Shown here one piece after another: positions 1 to 10,443 of a stretch of 64,000 nucleotides of DNA. A program made the position numbers and the translations under genes. Every line of letters begins with the position of its first letter. Positions within the stretch are counted from its first letter, which is position 1. Where the stretch lies: assembly GCF_018350175.1 (NCBI RefSeq), contig NC_058368.1:35652001-35716000 (forward strand), read 5' to 3'. The notes below the pieces were generated by a model. It had not been told where the DNA came from, made no database searches, and was given only the letters and a program-made list of their open reading frames with translations. The DNA comes from Felis catus (lineage: Eukaryota).

Positions 1-1512
1 GTCTGAGTTCCATTAACCTATTCTCATTTTTTATTCTTTTTTTCTTTTTTCTGCTCTTCTTGTGTGCTTTCCATTTCTCTATCTATCTTCCAAGTCACTG
101 ATGTATTCTTCTGCATCCTCTAATATGCTGTTGATTCTCTCTAGTGTACTTTTTTCTTTCAGTTATTGAGTTCTTCATCTCTGATTGGTTCTTTTTTATA
201 TTTTCTAACTATTAAAGTTCTCACTAAGATCCTCCACTCTTTTTTCAAACCCAGTAAGTATCTTTATGACAATTACTTTCAATTCTTTATGAAGCATATT
301 GTTTATTTTCATTTCACTTAGCTGTTTTGCTATTATTTGTCCTGTTCTTTCATTTGGGACATATTCCTCTGTCTCATTTTATCTAACTCTCTGTGTTTGT
401 TTCCATGTATTAGGAAGGTCAGCTATTTCTCCTAGTTTTGCAAATAGTGGCCTTATATAAAAGAGGCCCTATGGTGCCTCATAGCACAATGTCTCCTGGT
501 CATCAGAACCAGGCATTCCAGGAGTGTGTCTTCTGTGGGCTGTGTATGTTCTATTGTGGATGAGTTGCATTTGCCTTCAGTTAGGTGCAGTCACCTGCTT
601 TGCCTGTTATCAGTGCACTGGACACTGTTGAGAGACCTGTCCGAGGCCACTGTGGGCTTGTAGATGAGCAGGGCCAGCTGTCAATCTTGATGTCTGTGCT
701 GCATCTCTGTGTTAGGGCTGCAGGTGCACTGAATGGCAGGGTTTTCTCCCTGCATGGCCAGCTGAAAGGCTTGCTCCTGGAATTGCAGGCACACTGGTGT
801 GTGTGGTTATCTCCCCCACTCCCCAGGGAAGGAGTCACTTTGGAATGACAACTGTCTCTGCTAAGGTTGCTTGCATGATGTGGTAGGACAGGAGCTGCTT
901 TTCAGGGAGATGGACATGTTGGGTGGGGTAAGTCCACAGGGGTGTGTGAGGGTGGGGCACATAGTACTAACAAGATAGGTGGAGAATGTTTACACAGGTC
1001 ACCACAAATGTCTGGCTATCTAGTACTTGCCAGTACTTTTGTTCCTGGAGAATTCTCCTAAAGATCTCTGCCCTTCTCCTTATTTATTAACTGGCTCTTT
1101 AAGGATGGGGACTCAGTTTCCAATTGCCCTCTGGCTCTCCTGGAACTAAGCCCACTGATTTTTAGAACTTGTGAAATTAAGCTTACTGGTTTTCAAAAAC
1201 CAAATATTCTGGGGACTCATCTTCCCAGCGTGAGTCCCCAGAGCCTGGGGTGAGGTCTGATCCTCTTGCTTCTCCATACATGTGGTGCTCCTCCTGTTTG
1301 TGGTTAGTCTTGCCAGGAGTTTGGTTCCCAACTGAATGTCTGGCCATCCTACTTTTTTCAATGTGGCCTCTTGTTTATGTTAACTGTGGAAGGTCTTGTC
1401 TTCACATCTTTGGGTCATTTTCAGAGGTAGTTATACCAGATGCAGCTGTTATCTCTGGGTATCCATAGGATGAAGTGAGCTCAGGGTCCTCCTATTCCAC
1501 CATCTTCCTCAC
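1..1512 (-). mobile_element. L1 LINE 5' portion (5' UTR and start of ORF1), carnivore-type, decayed; continues beyond window start
   Basis: Minus strand begins GAGGAAGATGGTGGAATAGGAGGACCCTGAG near 1510, a typical L1 5' end. The 5' UTR aligns by eye with that of the L1 at 24080 (shared AAACTCCTGG..AGACTAACCACAAA, ATGAGTCCCC). Bases 1-380 resemble antisense ORF1 N-terminal sequence. Confidence 0.8.
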
Positions 1513-1840
1513 TACCCTCCCAATTTATAGATCTCTTTGGACCTTCTCAGTTTTATGTAAAACTTTCTTTTCTCCCTTAGTAATGATTAAGGAAATATTG
1601 TGAGAGCCTGAAGTCCAGACTAACATTACACATGACAGAAAATGCTTTAGCTCTTAAGCAGGACTGCTTTCCACCCTGCAAAGTTTCTAGTGGCTTAAAA
1701 TGAGAAAGGAGGGTAAAATATAGCAAACAAACCACAAATAATCACCTATTAAAATGATTCAGTCCCCAATTTCTGGAATTGCATGTAAAGTCTGAACCAA
1801 TGTACTTCAGTATATGAACTATTTTTTTCTTATTTAATAC

Positions 1841-2068
1841 TTCTAACTTTTTATTTCACAATAATTATAGATTTACAGGAAGTTGCAAAAATAGTATAGT
1901 GACTCCCATATGCCCTTTACCCACTTCCCTCCAGTGGTAAGATCTCAGACTATAGTACAACTTCAAAACCAATGTACTGACAACAGCAAAGTACTGCTAA
2001 CTAGACTTTTTTTAATTTTTAAAAATATTTTTATTTACTTTTGAGAGACAGAGAGTGAGTAGGGGACG

Positions 2069-2110
<42 letters not shown>

Positions 2111-2330
2111 CCAATGCAGGCCCCAGGATCTGGGCTCTGAGCTGTCAGCACAGAGCCTGATGCAGGGCTTGAACTCACAAGCCGTGAGATCATGACCTGA
2201 GCCAAAGTGAGACACTTAACCAACTGAGCCACCCGGGTGCCCCTAGACTATAGAATTTGTTCAATTTCACCAGCTTTAACATGCGTTCATTTGTGGCTGT
2301 GTACAGGTCTATGTATGAACTAACTAACGT
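1841..2330 (-). mobile_element. Old L1M (L1MC/MD-like) 3' end fragment, interrupted by a SINE
   Basis: TTTTTATTTCACAATAATTATAGATTTACAGGAAGTTGCAAAAATAG is characteristic of antisense L1M 3' UTRs. Confidence 0.6.
2008..2242 (-). mobile_element. Can-SINE (SINEC_Fc family)
   Basis: Antisense tRNA-derived head (GGGCACCCGGGTGGCTCAGTTGG), (CT)n tract and A-rich tail. TSD CTAGACT at 2001-2007 and 2243-2249. Confidence 0.95.
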
Positions 2331-3099
2331 AGATGCATAGAGATTTTTCCATTGTGTTTGGTTCCTAGTTATTGGTCAGATTTTAGAGAATTGAAAAGGT
2401 AACCTGCGTGTAAGTGATGTATCAGTGTCTGAGTTTTGGGTGGATAAAAATGGGAGAGCAGCAAGAGGAAAATGTGAGAGAGAAAAAGATTATTTACTTA
2501 ACTAATGTAACTACAAAGTTTGCCTGTGGTTTAAAATAAAGAATCTGGAGGCTTTCATAAAGCTTGGGAAGCATTTATTTATTACCAAAATGTAGGTCAC
2601 CAGGTGGATGTGGAATAGCATCGAGAGACCTGAGCAGAACAGATAAGAGATACAGTGGAAAAAAATATAAATTTCACCCAAATCACAACCAGGGCAGGTA
2701 AATGGGCTCCTTTCTTTAGGCAGTTTTCTACCCACACCCACCCCTTGAGAGAATAAAACTCTCTCTCTCAAAGTCAGTTTTTCAAGAATCAAATCTCTTA
2801 TTTCTCAGTTCTTTGCCTATCTGACTTCCCAAACATCAACATTTCAAATTTTTAGAAATATTTGACATTTTTTCCTGTCGATTTAACACAAACCAGTGAT
2901 TTTTTTTATTTAAGAAAACTCACTTTAACACAGTGAAAACATGACAAGAAGCAGCGTGCAGCCAAGTCTCTGCTGAAGGCGCAGGCTGCCTCTCAGCAGA
3001 CACTTGTAGGGCCTCGAAAGCCAAACAAACAAGGAGGATCTCAATATTTTATGTCAGGGAAAACTTTCTCTACATCTTCACTTTTTCTCGAAGATGAAG

Positions 3100-3750
3100 A
3101 AGTGTGGTAGCAAGTTTCCAAGATGCTATGGTTGACATCTTTATTAATGATCTTGCAAAGACGGCACATGGTACTTAAATGAAGTTTGCAGATGATGCTA
3201 AATCAAGAGCTGTTGCTAATACCAGTAAAGACAACACAGTAATAAATAAACTTGTGATGGTTAAAAATATAAAGAAGAAAAAGGGGGAAAGATACAGGAT
3301 ATGCACATTTTGTAATGTTATATGAAAGCTACACTGCCCCCACAAAGGAGACCTGTATTAGGGTAAATATGAAGTCATCGCCTTATGATAAGAAGGAATT
3401 CCATGTCCCTTCCTCTCAACTGCAATGGAACTGAACTTGGAACCGCTTGTTTAATTTGGAGGCCTGTATTCAACCTGAAAAAGACAGGAAAGAGGACAAA
3501 ACTGAACCGAGAATCACCAAGTGTGATGCAAATAAAAAGGTTAATGGGAATAAATATTTACAATTTCAAGACTAAAAAAGTCTGCAATGATTTGAAAGGT
3601 ACTAACACTACAAAAAAGAGCAATTATTTAGCCTGGGGAAAGCGTCTGTAACTAGAAATAATGACGTTAAGGATGGCACGATTTCAGAAATATCAGGAAA
3701 CTTTTTCCCAGCCACAAAAACCTGTAACATCTAGGTAATAGGTGCAAAGA
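3100..3750 (+). mobile_element. Ancient CR1/L3-type LINE fragment (RT domain and ORF2 C-terminus)
   Basis: 3134 onward translates DIFINDLAKTAHGT*MKFADDAKSRAVANT, matching the CR1/L3 RT motif NIFINDL..STLSKFADDTKLGG. Degenerate downstream matches to CR1 C-terminal motifs extend to about 3710. Confidence 0.65.
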
Positions 3751-4269
3751 CCATTCTTTCAGGACTTTTCATTCTGTGGGGGAGGGGAGAAGTAATGGAA
3801 AGGATTGTAAGGTAGTTTAAGGAAAAACATTAGCCCATCAATGAGCAAAGAGCAGGGAAAGCAAAGACCTGGGCCCAGGAGAACCAACGAGTCCCTGGAG
3901 GCTTTGAGATGAGGAGCTATGTATGTACCTGGGCTTACACAGCCAAGGGAAAGCATTACAAAAAGGAAGACTCATGGTTTCCAGCACCCCTCCTTTCCAG
4001 TCTTAGAAAGACTCCATTCATATTTTATATGAAATGCTTAGATCTCTGACGCATATTATTTGTGTCCTCTAAGAATTAATTCTCCTGTGATGGCAAGGAG
4101 CTTAACCATCACAGCAGCAAGTATACTAAGAACAGACAAATCTGCCCAGAGAATATTGATACATTCTGACAACAATGAACTTACAATGCAGTTGGGACAT
4201 ACTATGAGATGTGACCACTTCTCCTCCCATTTCTTCTGGATAGGTAAAAGAGTTACACTGTAGAGCAGC

Positions 4270-4380
4270 CCGAAATTGTGGGCAAACCTCACCTCTGCCA
4301 CAGAGTAGTATATCTTGATTAAGTTACCTGACTTTGTGAGCCTCAGTTTGCCCATCTATCAAAACAGGCATCATAATTAC
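4270..4380 (+). mobile_element. MIR SINE fragment
   Basis: MIR core AAGTTACCTGACTTTGTGAGCCTCAGTTTGCCCATCTATCAAAA. Confidence 0.6.
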
Positions 4381-4589
4381 ATTTAGAAACTACCATTTAC
4401 CTATAATTCCCAAGAGTCAGGAACCTTCCTAATTACCTACATAGATTAGTTTCATAAATTACTAATTTTGTAAATAATTTAGTTTCCTAATGTAGGAGGT
4501 GGACAAGGGATGGCACCTTAGGCAGAGTTCTTAATCACATGCAACAAAAGCCAGCTCCGGTGAGTTTTTAAAGGAATATTTAAAAGAGG

Positions 4590-5772
4590 CAGAGATGGTA
4601 TGGGAAAATTGGATATTCACAGGCAAAAGAATGAAACTAGACTTTTCTCAGACACCACTCAGAAACATTAACTTGAAACAGATCATAGACCAAAATGTAA
4701 GACCTAAAACCATAACACACCTAGAGAAAACATAGGTGGTAAACTCCTTGGCATAAGCCTTGGCAATGATTTTTTGGATAACGCCTCAATCACAAGCAAC
4801 AAAAGCAAAAATAAACAAACGTGACTACATCAAACTAAGAACCCTCTGCACAACAAAGAAAATGATCAATAAAGTGAATACAGAATGGGAGAAAATATTT
4901 GTAAACTGCATATCTGATAAAAGACTAATATCCAAGATATATAAGGAACTCTTACAACTCAATAACAAAACAAAATCTGATTTAAAAATAGACAAAGGAC
5001 CCCAACAGACATTTGTCCAAAAAAGATAGTCGCATGGCTAACAAGTGCAGGAAGAGGTGTTCAACATCACTAATTATCAGGGAAATTCAAAACCACTGTG
5101 ACCGATCACCTCGTACCTGTTAGAACAACTGTTATCAAAAATACAAGAGGTAACAAGTGTTGGTGACAATGTGAAGGAAAAGGATTCCTTGTGCACTGTT
5201 GGTAAGACTGTAAATTGGTACGCTACTGTGGAGAATAATATGGAGGTTCCTCAAAAAATTAAAAACAGTAAATGCTGTCAAATTTCTAGCTCTAAGATAA
5301 ATAAGTTCTGGGGACATAATGTGCAGCATGATGATTATAATTTACAATACTGTATTTTATATGTGAAAGGTGCTAAGAGAATAAATCTTTATTTATTTAT
5401 TTATTTTTTAACGTTTATTTTTTGAGACAGAGAGAGACAGAGCATGAACGGGGGAGGGGCAGAGAGAGAGGGAGACACAGAATCGGAAGCAGGCTCCAGG
5501 CTCTGAGCCATCAGCCCAGAGCCCGACGCGGGGCTCGAACTCACGGACCGTGAGATCATGACCTGAGCTGAAGTCGGACGCTTAACCGACTGAGCCACCC
5601 AGGCGCCCCGAAAATAAATCTTTAAAGCTCTCATTTAAAAAATGTAACTATGTGGGGTAATGTTAATTCAACTTAGTGTGGTAATTGTTTCACAATATGT
5701 TACATATATCAAATCATTATGATGTATACTTTAAACAAATACATTATATATGTCAAGTATATCCCATTAAAA
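4590..5772 (+). mobile_element. 5'-truncated L1 (L1MA-like): ORF2 C-terminal part and 3' UTR, internally deleted, split by a SINE
   Basis: ORF 4760-5029 (QATKAKINKRDYIKLRTLCTTK..EWEKIFVNCISDKRLISKIYKELLQLN) is L1 ORF2-like. L1MA-type 3' UTR (GTAACTATGTG..TTCACAATATG..ATCAAATCATTATG) follows. Confidence 0.85.
5392..5609 (-). mobile_element. Young Can-SINE (SINEC_Fc), CpGs retained
   Basis: Near-consensus antisense SINEC_Fc. TSD GA(G/A)AATAAATCTTTA at 5377-5391 and 5610-5624. Confidence 0.97.
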
Positions 5773-6549
5773 CTGGGAGGTGGGGGATGATGGTAGTAAG
5801 AAGAGCTCAAGGTTAAGCTTCTGGAGCAATGCTCAAATCTCACCTCAAAAACCCCTGGTCTGTCATAGATATGGTTATCATCATCATCAATAATAATATC
5901 TCTGGCCATCTTGAGATGGTGTCATTCACACATCTGCCAGAAACTCAACTTGACAGCAACCCTGGCTGTCATTAGCACTGACACCACTTCTGTGCCCCCA
6001 AAATGACCTAGTACCATTGCTTATAGCAACAGCCCACTACCTGGGCGGTCATCTCCTATCCAGTGGATTCTACTTATAGCCTGCTTCCTTGTGCTGTTCT
6101 GCTCTGAATCAAAGTCTCCCATGTCTGATTGACAGGGCCTAGATAATTGTCTGTGTCCTAACTTCAAGGGATGGGAAAAGAGATGTTGTGAATTCATTGA
6201 GGAGGCAGGACCCATGAGGCTGAATATTTCTCCAGACATAGGAAGGGTATCGAGAGATGCTGGGCAGGGTGTGAGGGCAATCTGGCTGTGACATCTGTCA
6301 CCCTATTGATCACCAGGCTTGTTTCAGTTGATCTGGCTGGTTAGGCAACTATCCCCTTCTTCCCTCACCACTCTACAGGCACCCCTACCGAAGGTGTGCG
6401 CCTGGTCGAAGAGGACCACCTTCCCTGATAGAGGAGGACTGTTCTTTGGTCAAGGGTATATGCGTAGTTTCTCTCCCATGCTAGAACCTCCAAACAAGAT
6501 TTCAAGAGATGGTGGGCAGCCCCAAAACATGACAAATGTCTATTGAAGA

Positions 6550-7700
6550 ATTTGGCTCTGAAACATTAACATACACATACTTTTTCCATATTTAAAATTA
6601 AACAGCAACAGATTTAGCAACTGTGAAGCACAAAATACTGCCACCTAATAAAACCCTCCAATGAGGCATCTTCCAAAAGAGAGACAAAGTCTCAACTGGT
6701 ACTGCCTCTAGGTCCAAATCCAAGTTTTTTGAGTCAGATATGTTCTTCCTCTGCATCTTTCACAATTTTGTCTGGAGTCCTAAGCTATGCACTATTTTGT
6801 AAACTTCACTCACACTCAATATAGAAAGGAACAAGAGAGGAGGAAAAATTAGTTAAAATATACAACTATATGCGTGAAGCAGCAAGGAAGAAAATATGAG
6901 TAAGTCCAACAGTCCTTATTTCTGAACTGGTCGCAAGGTCATAGTACTATTTTTTATTTCCTTTCTCTTTTACCTGTTACATATCCCCATTGTCCTCAAA
7001 CAGTACCTCAGCTGGTCAGTATTGTTTGCCCAGTGGATAATCCAAATTTTATTCTCAAGGTAGATAAGTCTTTAGTGATCTTGCCTATAATGGTTTACTG
7101 TAGTTTTCTTATTATCACTGGATAAAGAAAAACTAGGAACCACATATCCCTTGAATTCCCCATAAATTCTTCCACATCTCTATTGTACAACAGCAACCCT
7201 ATTTTCCATTGATAGTAGGAATCAACCACTTCAGTGAACACAGAACCCTTATTTTTGCCTGTTTTCCAGAAGCAAGAGGAATGCTAGATGGCCAACTAGG
7301 GATCTCAGCTTCCAAAATTATTGCATCACTTGATGAAGGAAACATTTCTCTTAGGGTTATTAACACCCTCAAACCGAATTTTCAAGATACGAAGAAAGGA
7401 AATAAAGGCCTTAGAGTGATTTAGTTATAATTGTAAGATGCTCCATGCCCACTTTCACTCCTTGGTTTCAGGACCCCTGTGTTCTGGCTGTGGAGGAAGC
7501 AGCACCGATATTGGGCACTGATTGTGGTTGAACCCACATCTTGTAGAATAGCACACAACCTACACAAGGAGCTGTTACACAACCAGAGTGGTAACTGAGT
7601 TGTCAAGGGACCACTCCACTGAGCTATCAGGCTGGCTGCCTCTGAATGGCTGGGTGCACAGTAGGACCAGAAATCCCATGGCATAAGCACATTAGCTCCT
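6550..7700 (-). mobile_element. ERVL-class (class III) endogenous retrovirus internal fragment: integrase C-terminus and dUTPase, decayed
   Basis: ORF 7421-7690(-) WSYCAPSHSEAASLIAQWSGPLTTQL..CAILQDV matches ERV-L integrase WSYHVPHHPEAAGLIERWNGLLKSQL..GKVLQKAV. The sequence toward lower coordinates follows the ERV-L dUTPase region with many stops and frameshifts. Confidence 0.75.
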
Positions 7701-9024
7701 ATCTTTTACTCTGAGATAAATTTTCTGTTCTGTAAATTCTGGCCCGGCTCAGACCTTATGTAAAGGCGATTATCATACATTTCTCAAATAGGCAGCCTTT
7801 TGGGATCCTGCCTTTATATAGTTCTCTCCTTAAGTTTGTCAGACAGTTTAGGGGGCCAGAGAACATGATTCCCAAGATTCCTCAGAATCCCACATCAATG
7901 GCAAGGGAGGCATTCCAGCCCACAGTAAGGTTCTGGGAGGCCAAGTTTATAGCAGTTGCCAATCTCCTCTGTCCACAACCTTTCCCTTTACTTCTAGCTC
8001 CTTTCTTCTGTTATTCTTTCTTTACTCTCTCTTTTCTTCTTCCTTCCCCTTCTAATTCTTTCTTCTCCTTCTTCACCCTGTACACTCTTCATCATTTTTG
8101 TAGTTTCAACTATCTAATGCCTGTCCACACTGGGAGAAGACCAATCCTACCTAAATCTCCCAGAGCAACATTTATCCCACTATACCCCCAAGCATAATAG
8201 GTCATAGGAAACTTAGCACATACAGTAACAACAACAAAATAACCTTGAGACTGGCAAATTTATTCTTCTTAGCATAAAAACATCAGGCTTTCCCATTTGT
8301 GTTTAAAAGCCTAAACTTTCATTCTTTCACTGTAAAATTTATGCATTTAGATATCAAGGGAAATGTTTACAAATTCCGTCATACAATCTTTACAAATTTT
8401 CTCAGTTTCAACCCCTAAGATAATTTTTCTTTCAAAATAAAAATCCTCTTTCACATCCATAGTCTTATCAGATAATTATATTTTAACTGAGCATTTGATA
8501 GGCTTTTAATCTGTCTGCATACTTCTTTGTGGGATTTATCCTGTTAGATTTAAGTATATATTTTCAAGAACAGTACTTTTAACCACACTGGGTATTTTCT
8601 TCTATCTGTGTTGCTGCTGTTATTGTTGTTTTACCCTTTTCTAACTTGTGTTGACAAATTTTATTTTGTGACTTTGATTTTAGTAATAGATCTGTGGTAA
8701 AAGTAATCATTATTTCTATAATCTGACATCTTTCACAAACTTTGAAGCCCAGGCATAAATGTTCTCTATTGACTGTCAAACATCTGTTTTTACTAATAAT
8801 ATGGTTTTATGGAAAAGATAAAGAATGGCTTAAAATTTCAGTAAGGATTTTTCAATTGAGTCATAAATGGGAATGTACAAAAAAAAGCAATTTATTGCAA
8901 ATAGCATGTGAGTAGAAATGGTCGAAAATGGAAGGAAATTTTCCAAGAATGAATAAAGGAGTATTTGGAACATGCCCCCTCACCACCCCCCCCCCCCCCA
9001 CACACACACACTTTTCTCTACAGT

Positions 9025-9387
9025 CGTGATTCTTAATCTTGTTAGGTCTTGGATCCTTTTAAGAATCTAAACAGGGGCGCCTGGGTGGCGCAGTCGGTTA
9101 AGCGTCCGACTTCAGCCAGGTCACGATCTCGCGGTCCGTGAGTTCGAGCCCCACGTCGGGCTCTGGGCTGATGGCTCAGAGCCTGGAGCCTGTTTCCGAT
9201 TCTGTGTCTCCCTCTCTCTCTGCCCCTCCCCCGTTCATGCTCTGTCTCTCTCTGTCCCAAAAATAAATAAACGTTGAAAAAAAAATTAAAAAAAAAAAAA
9301 AAGAATCTAAACAAAGTTACAGACTTCCTCCTCAGAAAGAAATGCATTGACACATAAGGTCCATGGACTCTAAGTTAAAACCTATGT
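9025..9387. mobile_element. hAT-Charlie non-autonomous element (Charlie4z-like) split by a SINE
   Basis: TTCTTAATCT..GGATCCTTTTAAGAATCT..CTTCCTCCTCAGAAAGAAATGCA..TCCATGGACTCTAAGTTAAAACC resembles the Charlie4z consensus as recalled. Confidence 0.5.
9074..9300 (+). mobile_element. Very young Can-SINE (SINEC_Fc)
   Basis: GGGGCGCCTGGGTGGCGCAGTCGGTTAAGCGTCCGAC... with nearly all CpGs intact and a long A tail. Perfect 13-bp TSD AAGAATCTAAACA (9061-9073, 9301-9313) at a TTTT/AA L1 endonuclease site. Confidence 0.98.
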
Positions 9388-9759
9388 CTAAGGAATAATA
9401 TTAGACAATTAATCCTAGTCAAAGTACCCTCTGGCTTCCCTTCTGCCCCAAAGCCCCACTTGGTGAAACCAAGTATTCATCCTGGAGTAGATGTGGAAGG
9501 TCAGTACCACCCATGGTTTACATGGGTGTCTACCCATGTAAATGGAGTAGTAAATGGAGTAAATGGGGTCATGGAGCAGAGAAAAAATGAATGAGGAAAG
9601 AAGTGAATTAATGGAAGTACAGTTCCTCATTTGTGTGACTATGTAAAAATACTACTGACCTGGGTTTGGAGAAGGTCATTCTGGGCCTGAGCAACAGGAG
9701 CTGTGAAGACCCGTGCTGGATATGGCAAATTACCAGTGTGAAGGGGCAGTATAAGAGAA

Positions 9760-10130
9760 GGGATAATTTCATGGGGCTGGGGAGGGGGAGCCATTGTATG
9801 TAATGACTGGCACTTAGATTTTACTCTGTGAAGAAAGGGTTTTGACCAGTTTAGTAACTGGTCAGCTTTGCATGTTAGAATGGTCACCCTGGCCAAAGTG
9901 TGGAGAATGCATTTGAGGAGGACAAGACGAGAATCTTGGAGGCCGAGACACCACTAAGAGGTGGTTTCAGGAGTCCAGGACAAAGATAATTGAAGACTGA
10001 ACTAAGGCAGTGATGGTAGACCCAGCAAGAAAAAAAAAATTTGAAAATCATGTAGGAAATTATGTAAGAAAAAAAGAGTTGGACTTGATAACAGAGTGGA
10101 GATTGGAAGTGATGGAAATGAAAAACTCCA
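9760..10130 (-). mobile_element. L2 LINE fragment
   Basis: Purine-rich antisense L2 pattern (TTAGATTTTACTCTGTG..TTTGCATGTTAGAATGGTCACCCTGG..GTGTGGAGAATG). Confidence 0.6.
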
Positions 10131-10368
10131 TGTGTGCCTTTCTAGGATGCTTATGTTTTACAGAGCATTTAAATTGTCGAATGAACAGCTTCAACATTCC
10201 AGGACCATCCCACTGAGGGGTTTAGGTAGTCTTGTGCTGAGGGCACTTTTCCTTCCACAAAGTGCCATCCAAAGCAGAAGTAGAAATATTTGGGAGGTGG
10301 GACAAAGAAAAAGGACTGACTCACAAAGGGGTTTATATAACTATAAATGTCCTTGTAGTCTTCTAAGT

Positions 10369-10399
10369 CACACACAAACATACATACACGTGCGCGTGT

Positions 10400-10440
<41 letters not shown>
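10369..10440. repeat. (CA)n microsatellite preceded by CACGTGCGCGTGTG; mostly alternating purine-pyrimidine
   Basis: Directly visible. Confidence 0.95.

Positions 10441-10443
<3 letters not shown>

Noticed and set aside
4516..6545. MLT1K-like LTR pieces flanking the L1 at 4590-5772 (similar pieces at about 30830-31750)
   Set aside because: The resemblance is suggestive but too degenerate for defensible boundaries.
8290..8800. AT-rich stretch that might be a DNA-transposon internal remnant or an exon
   Set aside because: I could not identify termini, a protein motif or splice structure by eye, so it is left unannotated.
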